NCBI GenBank assembly: GCA_963753395.1
Contig: CAVWBW010000008.1
Location: 206,511-270,510 of the forward strand
From: an uncultured delta proteobacterium
GTDB taxonomy: Bacteria; Myxococcota_A; Polyangia; Polyangiales; Houyiibacteriaceae
Direction of reading: 5' to 3'
DNA: 64,000 nucleotides
In this document: in pieces, positions 37,449 through 47,389 of the stretch
Numbering within the stretch: position 1 is the first letter of the stretch
How the letters are laid out: every line of letters begins with the position of its first letter
Notes under the pieces: generated by a model
Databases searched by the model: none
What the model was told of the DNA's origin: nothing
Seen by the model: the letters and a program-made list of their open reading frames with translations, nothing else
Position numbers and translations under genes: made by a program

Positions 37449-38708
37449 ATGGCGCCACCCGGTGGAATGCGAGACCTACTTCCACCCGTGTCCATGACCC
37501 GAACCCTGCTCTGGCAGCGGTTGATGGAGACCTTCGATCTCTACGGGTACCAGCGCGTGACGACGCCGCCTGTCGAGTACGCCGAGGTGGTCGAGCGAGG
37601 GCTCGGAACCGTCGATCGACGCGACTTGGTTCGCTTCGTCGAACCGGACTCGGGTGAGGTCGCGCTCCTACGTCCCGACATCACGCCTCAGATCGCGCGC
37701 ATCATCGCGACGCGCCTGCAAGACCGGCCCGCGCCATGGCGGCTATCCTACGAGGGGACCATCGTTCGCCGGCGTCGCGGCCGGGCGCGCAAGCAGCATC
37801 AAGTGCTGCAGTGCGGTATCGAGTGTGTTGGTCTCCGGGGCCCTGAAGCCGATGCCGAGGTGATCGAAGTCGCCGCCCGCGCCTGCCAGGGTGTTGGGCT
37901 TCGGGACTTCCTCGTCGAGCTCGCGCAAGTGAAGATCGGTACCGAGGTACTCGACCATGTGCCGAGCGGCGCGCGCACCAAAGTCATCGAGACCCTGGCG
38001 GCCAAGGACGCGAGCGCGCTAGAGAAACTCCTGAAGGAAGCCGGCGTCGTCGCCGCCGAGCGCAAACGATTGCTGATGCTCTGCACCCTCTACGGGGATC
38101 GGGACATCATCGCGGACGCGCGCCGGCGTCTCCGCAACACTGCGGCCCGTCGCGCCCTCGACGAGCTCGAGCGCGTCGTCGAGCGTTTGGAGTCGGCTGG
38201 ACTCGGCGACCGTATCGCGATCGACCTCGGGGATTTGCGGCGCCACAGCTACTACACCGGCGTGAGCATGACCTTGCTCGCGGATGGTCCCGGCGAGCCC
38301 TTGGGCATGGGCGGCCGGTACGACGACCTGCTCGGCCGGTACGGCGCGCCCGCCCCAGCCACGGGATTCGCGTTCGCGGTCGATAATGTTTCGTGGGCGC
38401 TTTCAGAGGCCGGCATCTCGCTCGAGAGCGAATTGCCGCTGCGAGCGCTCGTCGCCGGCGGGAGCTACGCCCGGCAGCGCAAGGCAGCGGATCACTGGCG
38501 GGCTGTTGGCGCCCGGGTCGCGATCGTGCCATCCAAAACCGCCGACGAAGCCAAGCGGTACGCGAAGGCTTGGGACTACGATCTATTGATTTGGCAATCA
38601 GGCAGCGAGGCGAAGCTCACGCGCGTGAAGGACGGCCGTACGCGGACGCTTCGAAGCGAGCCGAGTGACGAGCTCGTCGCTTGGGCACGAGTTGGGAATG
38701 AGTCATGA
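37449..38708 (+). CDS. hisZ: ATP phosphoribosyltransferase regulatory subunit (HisRS paralogue)
   Basis: GMRDLLPP...YGYQRVTTPPVEYAEV...LLRPDITPQIARI is the HisZ signature. ATGA overlap with purA, a conserved hisZ-purA arrangement. Confidence 0.82.
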   Translation: MAPPGGMRDLLPPVSMTRTLLWQRLMETFDLYGYQRVTTPPVEYAEVVERGLGTVDRRDLVRFVEPDSGEVALLRPDITPQIARIIATRLQDRPAPWRLSYEGTIVRRRRGRARKQHQVLQCGIECVGLRGPEADAEVIEVAARACQGVGLRDFLVELAQVKIGTEVLDHVPSGARTKVIETLAAKDASALEKLLKEAGVVAAERKRLLMLCTLYGDRDIIADARRRLRNTAARRALDELERVVERLESAGLGDRIAIDLGDLRRHSYYTGVSMTLLADGPGEPLGMGGRYDDLLGRYGAPAPATGFAFAVDNVSWALSEAGISLESELPLRALVAGGSYARQRKAADHWRAVGARVAIVPSKTADEAKRYAKAWDYDLLIWQSGSEAKLTRVKDGRTRTLRSEPSDELVAWARVGNES

Positions 38709-39982
38709 GTGCAGTGGTGGTGGTAGGCGCCCAGTGGGGCGACGAAGGAAAGGGCAAGGTCGTCGACCTCTACGCCCCGTATGCCGACCTCGTCGTGCGG
38801 TACGCGGGGGGCGCAAACGCGGGGCACACCCTCGTTGTGGATGGTGAGAAGCTGATCCTGCACCTGATTCCTTCGGGGATCCTCCACCAGCAAACCAAGT
38901 GCGTCGTCGGCCAGGGCACAGTCATCGACCCGGCGGTCTTCCTGAAGGAGGTCGAGGCGCTCAACAAACGCGGCATCGGCACGAGCGGCCGGCTGCTCGT
39001 GAGCCAGCGCGCACATGTCGTGTTGCCCCACCACAAATTGATCGATGAGCTTCGCGAAAAGCGGTCGGGCGGTGCGATCGGAACGACCAAGCGCGGCATC
39101 GGCCCCTGCTACGAAGACAAGGTCGCACGACGTGGAGTGCGCATGGGGGACCTGCTCGATCGCGTGCGTCTGCAAACTAAGCTTGCGGCGAACCTCGAGT
39201 GCTGGCGCCCCGTGGCGGAGGACTTGGGTGGGACGCTGCCAAGCGCGGAAGAGGTCGCTACCCAGTACACCGAGCTCGGCAAGGCCCTCGGCGCTTACAT
39301 TGGCGATGCGGCCGCAATCGTTCGTGCCTCGATCCAAGCCAACGAGAAGATCCTGCTCGAGGGCGCGCAAGGCACGATGCTGGACATCGACAATGGAACC
39401 TATCCGTTCGTCACCAGCTCCAACGCCGTGGCGGGCGGCGCATGTGCGGGTGCGGGCATCGGGCCGACTCACATCGGGAGCGCCATCGGAATCGCCAAGG
39501 CATACACGACTCGCGTCGGCGGCGGCCCCTTCCCCACCGAGCTCGAGGACGAAACCGGCCAGCAGCTCCGCGACGCCGGCGCCGAGTACGGGTCCACGAC
39601 GGGGCGACCGAGGCGCTGTGGATGGCTCGATCTTGTCGCTCTTCGGCATGCCGTCGCGGTCAACGGGCTCAACGAGCTCGCTATCACCAAGCTCGACGTC
39701 CTCACCGTGCTTCCGGAGCTGAAGGTTTGTGTCGCATACGAGCTCGACGGCGAGCGGCTCGCATATCCGCCCTACGAGCGCGTCGAGGACGTGAAGCCGA
39801 TCTACGAGACCCTCGAGGGTTGGAACGAGGAGCTCCCCGCCTGTCGGAGCCGGGCCGATCTGCCGCCGGCGGCTCGGAGCTACCTCGACCGAATCGAGAA
39901 GGAAGTCGGCTGCCGTGTCGGCGTCGTGAGCGTCGGACCCGATCGCTACGACACGGCGGATCTCGTCGACCCGTTCGGCTAG
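38705..39982 (+). CDS. purA: adenylosuccinate synthetase
   Basis: VVVVGAQWGDEGKGKVVD P-loop and GIGPCYEDK, GTTGRPRRCGW motifs. Confidence 0.97.
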   Translation: MSAVVVVGAQWGDEGKGKVVDLYAPYADLVVRYAGGANAGHTLVVDGEKLILHLIPSGILHQQTKCVVGQGTVIDPAVFLKEVEALNKRGIGTSGRLLVSQRAHVVLPHHKLIDELREKRSGGAIGTTKRGIGPCYEDKVARRGVRMGDLLDRVRLQTKLAANLECWRPVAEDLGGTLPSAEEVATQYTELGKALGAYIGDAAAIVRASIQANEKILLEGAQGTMLDIDNGTYPFVTSSNAVAGGACAGAGIGPTHIGSAIGIAKAYTTRVGGGPFPTELEDETGQQLRDAGAEYGSTTGRPRRCGWLDLVALRHAVAVNGLNELAITKLDVLTVLPELKVCVAYELDGERLAYPPYERVEDVKPIYETLEGWNEELPACRSRADLPPAARSYLDRIEKEVGCRVGVVSVGPDRYDTADLVDPFG

Positions 39983-40371
39983 TCGCCGATCCTGGCGACG
40001 AAATCGATCTCGACCTTGGCGCCCTTGGGCAGAGCTGCGACCTGCACCGTGGCCCGGGCAGGCGGCACGAGCCCTTCGAAGAACGCCGCGTAAACCTGAT
40101 TGACAGTCGAGAATTCACCCATATCCGTCAGATACACGGTCGCTTTCGCGACATCCGCTCGACTGGCTCCCGCTTTCTCGAGAACCGCGTCGAGGTTGCG
40201 GAGGACCTGACGCGTCTCAGCTTCGACATCACCCTCGCCAAGCATTGCGCCGCTCTCGGGATCGAGCGCGAGTTGTCCTGAACAGTAGAGCCAGCCCCCG
40301 ACCGCGACCGCCTGGCAGTAGGGGCCGATCGCAGCGGGGGCCCCATCGGTTTCGATTCGTTTGTTCGCCAT
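39979..40371 (-). CDS. ridA: RidA/YjgF-family reactive intermediate deaminase
   Basis: 130 aa; APAAIGPYCQAV...GQLALDP...ARATVQVAALPKGAKVEI. Confidence 0.9.
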   Translation of the reverse strand: MANKRIETDGAPAAIGPYCQAVAVGGWLYCSGQLALDPESGAMLGEGDVEAETRQVLRNLDAVLEKAGASRADVAKATVYLTDMGEFSTVNQVYAAFFEGLVPPARATVQVAALPKGAKVEIDFVARIGD

Positions 40372-40395
40372 GATTCCATGCTACTTCATACGGGC

Positions 40396-41166
40396 ATGAA
40401 GGTCGCCACGTGGAACGTGAACTCGATCCGGGCGCGCCACCAGCACGTGATCGACTGGCTCGACGCGGCGCGGCCCGACGTCCTGTGCTTGCAGGAGCTC
40501 AAAGCGACCACGAATGAGTTTCCGTTCGCCGAGGTCCGCGAGTGCGGATACGAGGCGGCCGTCTTCGGGCAGAAGACCTACAACGGCGTCGCCATCGTCA
40601 GCCGCCTGCCTCTCGAGAACGTGCAGGAGGGGTTCGGTGACGACGAGGACGACCCGCAGGCGAGACTGATCAGCGCAGAGGTCGGCGGAGTGACCGTCCT
40701 GAGCGCGTACTTCCCCAACGGCGGCGAGGTCGGCTCGGACAAGTACGACTACAAGCTGCGCTGGATGAAGCGACTGCGCGCGCTCCTCGGACGCAGATTC
40801 GACCCGGAGACCGATGAGGTGGCCTTGTGCGGCGACTTCAACGTGGCCCCCTGGGACGACGACATCGGACGGCCCGACGAATGGCGAGCGTCCGTCCTCG
40901 CGTGCGACGCGGTTCGCGAAGCGCTGAACGGCGTGGCATCGTTCGGCCTCGAAGACGTCGTCCGTCCATTTCATCCGCAGGGCGGTGTCTTCTCGTGGTG
41001 GGACTACCGTGGGCGGGGGTTCGAGCGCGGCAACGGGCTGCGCATCGATCACGTGTACTGCACACCGAAGCTCGGAGCGCGCACCATCGGGGCAGTCGTC
41101 GACCGCCAGGAACGCGGGCGGAAGTCGCCCTCGGACCACGCACCGGTGATGGTGGAGTTCGCATGA
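40396..41166 (+). CDS. xthA: exodeoxyribonuclease III
   Basis: MKVATWNVNSIRAR...DVLCLQELK, RIDHVYCTP and SDHAPV motifs. Confidence 0.92.
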   Translation: MKVATWNVNSIRARHQHVIDWLDAARPDVLCLQELKATTNEFPFAEVRECGYEAAVFGQKTYNGVAIVSRLPLENVQEGFGDDEDDPQARLISAEVGGVTVLSAYFPNGGEVGSDKYDYKLRWMKRLRALLGRRFDPETDEVALCGDFNVAPWDDDIGRPDEWRASVLACDAVREALNGVASFGLEDVVRPFHPQGGVFSWWDYRGRGFERGNGLRIDHVYCTPKLGARTIGAVVDRQERGRKSPSDHAPVMVEFA

Positions 41167-42233
41167 CGGCACTGCTCACATTGGCCGTCTGCGCCCTCGC
41201 GCCCGGAATCGCCTGCAAGGCGCTCGACGCTTGGTTCCGGATTGGACGAAACGCTTCTCTGGCTGCGGAGGAGAGGGCCCTCGCGCGTTGCCGGCGCATC
41301 GTCCTTCACGTGAGCGTGATCGTGCTACCTGCTTCGGCAGTCGCTGGCGCCTTGTTCGTCGACCCGGCGCTCGCGACGCGCTCGCCGACGGCGGGCGCTT
41401 GGTTTTTCGCGAGCCTCTGTGCGACGACCACTTGGGCGAGCATCGCGCTCGCGCAGCGGACCGTCGATGAACGGCGCGCCATGCCCGCACTCGAGACCGT
41501 CGGTCGCGTCGTGCAGATGTCAACCGTGCCCGCCCTCGGACTCGGCCTATCGTTGGCGGCGTCATCGACAATCGAAGCGCTCGTTCCCATGGTCCCCGCG
41601 GCAAAGGCAGTCGTGGCTGCGCTCGTGTCGTTCGCGGCGGTGGTCGTCGTCAGCCCTTGGTTGGCAATCGAGCTCGGGCTCTGGCGGCGTCTTCCAATCT
41701 CGGTTGAGGCGAATGGGATTCGTTGGCGGGTCGCACACCTCCCTGCGCCGCCCCCGTTCTTGACCCACGCTGGAGCACTGCCGTGGCTCCGAACCGTGCT
41801 CGTGACCGACGGGCTCTTTCGTCGCGCGCCCGATTCACACTGGCGCGCCCTCATCCAATACGAAATTGGCGGAGCCCGCGAGGCCCGAGGAGAACGCGCC
41901 GCGCGCTGGTCCATATCGGTGCCGCTTTCACTCGTCGTCATCATCGCGGCGAATGCAGTCGGCGCGGGCGACCCGCGCAGGCTCGTCGCGGCGACCGTCC
42001 TCGCCGTCGTCTTCACCGGCGCTGCCGCTTGGTTTGCCAACCGGCAGCCACCCTCCCCACTCGGCTTCGACCCGGAGGGCCCGTCCATGCAGGAGCTCGC
42101 CCAGACGCTGCGGAGCTTGCCTCCTCGCTACGGCCAAGCACTGCCGAGGACCTCGTTGAGGCCGCTCGGCGCTGCACTCTACAATCGGCTGTTCGCTCTC
42201 GGACACGACCCTGGCCGAAGGCCGCACACGTGA
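41163..42233 (+). CDS. hypothetical polytopic membrane protein
   Basis: ATGA overlap with xthA. MTALLTLAVCALAPGIAC... with several hydrophobic segments; no family recognised. The upstream part of ORF 40827..42233 overlaps xthA out of frame. Confidence 0.55.
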   Translation: MTALLTLAVCALAPGIACKALDAWFRIGRNASLAAEERALARCRRIVLHVSVIVLPASAVAGALFVDPALATRSPTAGAWFFASLCATTTWASIALAQRTVDERRAMPALETVGRVVQMSTVPALGLGLSLAASSTIEALVPMVPAAKAVVAALVSFAAVVVVSPWLAIELGLWRRLPISVEANGIRWRVAHLPAPPPFLTHAGALPWLRTVLVTDGLFRRAPDSHWRALIQYEIGGAREARGERAARWSISVPLSLVVIIAANAVGAGDPRRLVAATVLAVVFTGAAAWFANRQPPSPLGFDPEGPSMQELAQTLRSLPPRYGQALPRTSLRPLGAALYNRLFALGHDPGRRPHT

Positions 42234-44926
42234 CTCGGACTTTCGCCAGAGCCTTGGTCCTCGCGGCTGCGCTCGGTGCCAGCCTGCTCGCGTGCAGCGG
42301 GTCGCGCCACGAGGTCTCCGAGACGAGACCGAGCGAAGACCCCGTACCAGAAGGGAAGCTCCCGGAGGGCATTCGCCCGACGAGCTACCGCTTGAACCTC
42401 GAGGTGATCCCCAACCGGGACACGTTTTCCGGAAGCGCGATGATCACCATCGAGCTAGATGAGCCCGGCGCGGTCATCTGGATGCATGGCGAACGCCTCG
42501 ACGTGAAGTCGGTCTACGCGACTCATGCCACCACGCAGATCGAGGCGACCTGGGAACAGAAGACCTCCGACGGAGTTGCAAAAGTGGAGCTCCGCGAGCC
42601 CCTCCCGGCTGGGCGCAGCACGCTTCACTTCGAATACACTGCGCCGTTCGATACGCCACTCCGAGGTCTCTATCGTGTCCGGTCAGGCGGCGAGACGTAC
42701 GCATTCACGCAGTTCGAATCGATTAGCGCGCGCCTCGCATTCCCTTGCTTCGACGAGCCTCGCTTCAAGACGCCCTTCGAGCTGACGCTCAGCGTTCCGG
42801 GCGATCACTTTGCTGCGTCCAACACTCCAGTCGACCGCGCAACGGAGCTCCCCGATGGCCTTCAGCGTATCAGCTTCCTGCCGACGCCCCCGCTGCCGAC
42901 CTATCTCGTCGCGCTCGCGGTGGGACCGTTCGACGTAGTGGCCGGCGCTACGATTCCACCCAGCGAGGGGCGCCCGTATCCGATTCCGCTGCGGGGCATC
43001 GCCGCGAGAGGCAAGGGCTCACAGCTGCAGTATGCACTCGATCACGCCGCCGAGTTCGTCGAGGCGCTTGAGCGCTACTTCGGCATCCCCTACCCCTACC
43101 GCAAGCTCGATTTGGTCGCAGTCCCCGACTTCGCTGCCGGCGCCATGGAGAACGTCGGCCTGATTACCTTCCGCGAATGGCTTCTGCTGCTGGACGTCGA
43201 ACGCGCGACGGAGGGGCAGCGCCGGGCGTTCGCATACGTCATGGCGCACGAGCTCGCCCATCAGTGGTTCGGCAATCTCGTGACCATGCCCTGGTGGGAC
43301 GACATCTGGCTCAATGAGTCGTTCGCAACCTGGATGGGCAACAAGATCGTCCACGAGCTCCGCCCGGAATATCGCTCGGACCTCGCGAGCCTCGCTTCCG
43401 CGCATCGAGCAATGGCGCTCGACAGCCTGACGAGCGCGCGGAGCATCCGCCAACCCATCACGAGCAACCATGACATCAAGAACGCCTTCGATATGATCAC
43501 GTATCAGAAGGGCGGCGCCGTTCTGTCGATGTTCGAGCATTGGATGGGCGCAGACACGTTTCGTCATGGCATTCAGCTCTACCTCCGGCGTCATCAGGGG
43601 GGGACGGCCACATCGAGTGACCTCCTCGCCGCGCTCGATGAAGCATCACCAGCTGACGTGACTCCGCCGTTTCTGAGCTTCCTCACGCAACCAGGCGTTC
43701 CGTTGCTTCGGAGCCACGGCGACGCACCCTGCGAATCGGGGCTGCGGCGCATCTCCCTCGACCAAGAGCGCTACCTGCCCATCGGCTCTTCGGGCTCGTC
43801 GGAAGCCCATTGGCAGATTCCCATCTGCGTCCGCCACGCCACCGGAACGACCTGCGACCTCCTTGGCGATACCGAAGGTCAGATCGAGCTCCCGGGATGC
43901 CCTTCGTGGTGGATGCCCAACGAAGGTGGTGCCGGCTACTTTCGCTTTTCGATGAGCCCGGGCGACTGGAAGGCGCTTCGAAAGACCGGCTACGCGACTC
44001 TGTCCGACCCGGGGAAGCAGGCCGTGGCCGATAGTTTGTATGCCGGCTTCGCGAGCGGCGCGATTGAGCTCGACACGTTGCTGCCGTGGTTTCCCCGTTT
44101 CGCGGCGAGCTCGCTACGGCAGGTCGCAACCGGCCCGATGTCGACGCTTCGGTTCATGATGGCAGAGGCCTCGTCGCCGGAGACACTTCCGAGGATCCGC
44201 GCGTACGCAGGGCGGCTCTACCGCTCGCGATATCGACGTCTCCGATGGCGCGCCAAAACGGGGGATTCGAGTGACACGAAGCTCCTCCGGGGGACGGTCG
44301 TCGGCTTCATGGTGATGGACGTTCGCGATCGCAAAGCGCGCGCCCACGCGGCACGGCTCGGCAGAGCCTACATCGGGTACGGGACCGAGCCCGATCCAAA
44401 CGCCGTCGATCCTCAGCTCGCGAGTCTGGCGCTGGCAGCCGCCGTCGAGGAAGGTGACAACACGCTGTTCGACCACTTGCTCACCCTTCTCGAGGCGAGC
44501 ACCGATGCTACGACGCGGGGTCGAATCCTAGCCGCACTCGGGCATGCGCAAGACCCTGCACTATCGAAGCGCGCCCTCGACCTGACGCTCGATCCGATGC
44601 TCCGCCTCAACGAGGTGTCAGTCGTGCTCGGTGTCCAACTGAGCAACCCGAACACGCGCGACGGGGCTTGGGCATGGCTCATGGAGAACTTCGATGCCCT
44701 CGCCGAACGCACGGGTCACGCCCAAGCAGGCAACGCGCCTTGGTACGCGGCGTCGCTTTGCACGCGCGAGGCGGCGGACGAAGTGCAAGCGTTCTTCGAG
44801 CCGCGGGTGGCCGCTCTTGCCGGTGGGCCGCGCAACCTGGCTGGCGCGGTGGAGGCGATCAAGCTCTGCGCCGCCAAGGCCGATGCACACCGATCCGCGG
44901 TCGACGAAGCCTTCAGGCGCCCGTGA
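42230..44926 (+). CDS. M1-family zinc aminopeptidase (aminopeptidase N-like) lipoprotein
   Basis: GAMEN exopeptidase motif and HELAHQWFGNLVT...WLNESFA zinc motif. The GTG 42230 start (GTGA overlap) gives VTRTFARALVLAAALGASLLAC (lipobox). Confidence 0.9.
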   Translation: MTRTFARALVLAAALGASLLACSGSRHEVSETRPSEDPVPEGKLPEGIRPTSYRLNLEVIPNRDTFSGSAMITIELDEPGAVIWMHGERLDVKSVYATHATTQIEATWEQKTSDGVAKVELREPLPAGRSTLHFEYTAPFDTPLRGLYRVRSGGETYAFTQFESISARLAFPCFDEPRFKTPFELTLSVPGDHFAASNTPVDRATELPDGLQRISFLPTPPLPTYLVALAVGPFDVVAGATIPPSEGRPYPIPLRGIAARGKGSQLQYALDHAAEFVEALERYFGIPYPYRKLDLVAVPDFAAGAMENVGLITFREWLLLLDVERATEGQRRAFAYVMAHELAHQWFGNLVTMPWWDDIWLNESFATWMGNKIVHELRPEYRSDLASLASAHRAMALDSLTSARSIRQPITSNHDIKNAFDMITYQKGGAVLSMFEHWMGADTFRHGIQLYLRRHQGGTATSSDLLAALDEASPADVTPPFLSFLTQPGVPLLRSHGDAPCESGLRRISLDQERYLPIGSSGSSEAHWQIPICVRHATGTTCDLLGDTEGQIELPGCPSWWMPNEGGAGYFRFSMSPGDWKALRKTGYATLSDPGKQAVADSLYAGFASGAIELDTLLPWFPRFAASSLRQVATGPMSTLRFMMAEASSPETLPRIRAYAGRLYRSRYRRLRWRAKTGDSSDTKLLRGTVVGFMVMDVRDRKARAHAARLGRAYIGYGTEPDPNAVDPQLASLALAAAVEEGDNTLFDHLLTLLEASTDATTRGRILAALGHAQDPALSKRALDLTLDPMLRLNEVSVVLGVQLSNPNTRDGAWAWLMENFDALAERTGHAQAGNAPWYAASLCTREAADEVQAFFEPRVAALAGGPRNLAGAVEAIKLCAAKADAHRSAVDEAFRRP

Positions 44927-45686
44927 ACTTGGGCGCCCGCTTCTCGAGAAACGCCGTCATCCCCTCGGTCTGATCGGCCGTTCCGAAGCCCTCACCGAAC
45001 GCGTCGCGCTCGATCTTGTTGGCCTGCGGAAGCGGGATGTCCATGCCGTCGCGAATCAATCGTTTCGCGGTGGCGATGGCCAGGGGCCCCTTGGTCGCGA
45101 TGTCTCCGGCAACTTTCGCTGCGTCCGCAAGAAGCTCGTCGGGCTCGCACACCGCATTGGCGAGACCGATGCGCAGCGCCTCCTCGGCGCTGATCATCTT
45201 GCCCGTGTAGATCAGCTCGCGCGCCATCGCCGAGCCGACGCGGCGAGGAAGACGTTGTGTGCCCCCGAAGCCGGGAATGATGCCGAGGTTGACCTCCGGC
45301 TGGCCGAACTTGGCTTTCGTCGATGCGTAGATGAAGTCGCACGCCAGGGCGAGCTCGCAACCACCCCCGAGCGCAAAGCCGTTGACCGCCGCGATCACCG
45401 GAAATGGAAGGTGCTCGATGGTGCTGAAAACGCCGTGGCCGAGCGCCCCGAACCCGCGGGCTTCTGCCTCGCCCATATCGCGCATCGCGGCGATGTCCGC
45501 CCCAGCGACGAAGGCCTTCCCGGTGCCGGTAATCACTGCGGCCCGAATGTCGTCCCTTCGCGAAATCGCTTCGATTGCGACGCTCAGGTCACCAAGGACC
45601 TCCTGGCTGAGCGCGTTGAGCTTGTCGGGCCGGTTGATCGTCAGCGTGCTGACGTGGCCCTCGTGCATCACTTCCACAAACGTCAT
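44913..45686 (-). CDS. enoyl-CoA hydratase (crotonase family)
   Basis: [10 protein letters not shown] and [19 protein letters not shown]. Start trimmed to ATG 45686. Confidence 0.9.
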   Translation of the reverse strand: MTFVEVMHEGHVSTLTINRPDKLNALSQEVLGDLSVAIEAISRRDDIRAAVITGTGKAFVAGADIAAMRDMGEAEARGFGALGHGVFSTIEHLPFPVIAAVNGFALGGGCELALACDFIYASTKAKFGQPEVNLGIIPGFGGTQRLPRRVGSAMARELIYTGKMISAEEALRIGLANAVCEPDELLADAAKVAGDIATKGPLAIATAKRLIRDGMDIPLPQANKIERDAFGEGFGTADQTEGMTAFLEKRAPKFTGA

Positions 45687-45793
45687 GGCGCGCACTGTAG
45701 CCCACGGTGTCCGCCCCGCCACGCGCCGCCCGGTCTGTGAGACACCTCACGTTTGGGTCCCACACGCCTGAACCTTTACGTTGTGAGCAGGGG

Positions 45794-47389
45794 ATGACAT
45801 CGATTCCAGCACCAGCTTGGGAGATCGCGCCGGCGCTCGCGCCGCCGCTTCCAACGAACGAGCTGCGAGAGCTCGGACGCGGACGCTCCGGGGTCGTCTA
45901 CGTCAGTCACGAGTCCGAGGGCTTCCCCGTCGCGCGGAAAGTCTTCGGTTCCTCGGGCATCACGAAGCTCGTGCAGTGCGCCCTGCTGGGCGCCCCCAAT
46001 CCCTACGTGTGGAACGAAGACGCAATCCGCTGCGCCCATCTCCGGCGCGAGATCCTCGCCCAGCTCGTTCAGCGCTGGTTCGATGAAGAGCTCTACGTGG
46101 CGCGCTCTCGTGGGTGGGCATGGAACGACGAGGCGCGCGCCTTCGAGCTTCGCACCCAGTTGGTCGACGGCCGCGCCCCGGATCTTCGGCATCCGCTGCG
46201 CAGCTCGGAACACGACCACGCGCGCACACTGAGCACCGTCATTCTTCCCAAACTGCAACGACTGCTGATCGAGTCCGGGTTTGACGGAATGGTGTGGCAG
46301 GCCGGCAAGGGAAACCCGGTCGCCCTCAACAACTTCCTTCTCGAGACCGTCGATGAGGGCGCCCCACCACGCTGGGCGTGGATCGACCTCGAATCCGGCG
46401 TCCCGGCGCTGGCGGCGCTCAGTCCGGTCGCCCTCTTGGGCTTCTACGTGCCGCGTTCGTTTCGTTTTGGCCGACCGCTCTTCGATGACGTCGATGCGGA
46501 AAAGCTCAGAGTCTACGTGAACGCGAACGGGCTGCGCAAAGAGCTGATCGACCAAGTCGAGGAGCTCGACTTCCGGCAGAAGCGCTGGAAGACCGTACCG
46601 CGGGCGGCCCGCAGTGTCGGCTACCGGGAGGCGCGCGGCGACCTCAGCGAAGAAGAAGCCACCTGGTATCGGGCGCGCCCGATTCGCTGGTATCTCCGCG
46701 AAGCCGGTCGCTTGGTCCGCCGAGCGCCTCTAGGGCTCGCGCGGCGAGCGAAGAGCGGGCTCGCTCGGATCGCGGCGCTGCCGTGGCACACGGCGCCCAT
46801 CTCCGTCGCTAGGTTTCTATGGTCGCAGAAGCATCGCGCCTGTCTGGCCAGGAACTACACCGAGCAGCGCATCGAAGCGTGGGTCGAACGCCGGCAGATG
46901 TCGCCGGGAGACGCGCGTTTTCTGCAGACGCACCTGGACCAAGAGGATTCGGCGACCTTCGCAACCGACTTCTTGGTGCACATCGCGATCAAGCCGTTCG
47001 TCAAGGGCGTCGAGTACTGGGTATGCCCACTTCTCTACGCGCTCGGTTTCCTGACCGAGGGCTGGTTAGCCCTCGCAATGTTGGGCGCGGGACCGGTCGC
47101 CCGGTCGCTCTACACTGGCGGCCGTGTCGTACAAAACACACTTCGAGGAAAGGAACGTCCTTGGACGGCCCTCGCGGTGGGCGCGCTCCCGGTGGTCGGG
47201 AACTTCGCGTTCCCGATTCAGTTCCTGCGTTCCTCCCAGACCGAGGAAGACGACCTCGCACGCTTCCTCTTGTACGACGGCTTCGCACGTATCGGCGCGC
47301 GCATTCCGATCTGGGGTGGGGAAGACACACTGACCGAGCACACTCTGAATCGCATGGCCGACCACATCGTTCGCACGAAGGACGCCTAG
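45794..47389 (+). CDS. atypical protein-kinase-like domain fused to a C-terminal membrane region
   Basis: Gly-loop-like LGRGRSGVVYV and VARKVF (VAIK-like Lys), then WAWIDLESG (DFG-position). The C-terminal third has hydrophobic helices (LLYALGFLTEGWLALAMLGAG, ALAVGALPVVGNFAFPIQF). Confidence 0.55.
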   Translation: MTSIPAPAWEIAPALAPPLPTNELRELGRGRSGVVYVSHESEGFPVARKVFGSSGITKLVQCALLGAPNPYVWNEDAIRCAHLRREILAQLVQRWFDEELYVARSRGWAWNDEARAFELRTQLVDGRAPDLRHPLRSSEHDHARTLSTVILPKLQRLLIESGFDGMVWQAGKGNPVALNNFLLETVDEGAPPRWAWIDLESGVPALAALSPVALLGFYVPRSFRFGRPLFDDVDAEKLRVYVNANGLRKELIDQVEELDFRQKRWKTVPRAARSVGYREARGDLSEEEATWYRARPIRWYLREAGRLVRRAPLGLARRAKSGLARIAALPWHTAPISVARFLWSQKHRACLARNYTEQRIEAWVERRQMSPGDARFLQTHLDQEDSATFATDFLVHIAIKPFVKGVEYWVCPLLYALGFLTEGWLALAMLGAGPVARSLYTGGRVVQNTLRGKERPWTALAVGALPVVGNFAFPIQFLRSSQTEEDDLARFLLYDGFARIGARIPIWGGEDTLTEHTLNRMADHIVRTKDA

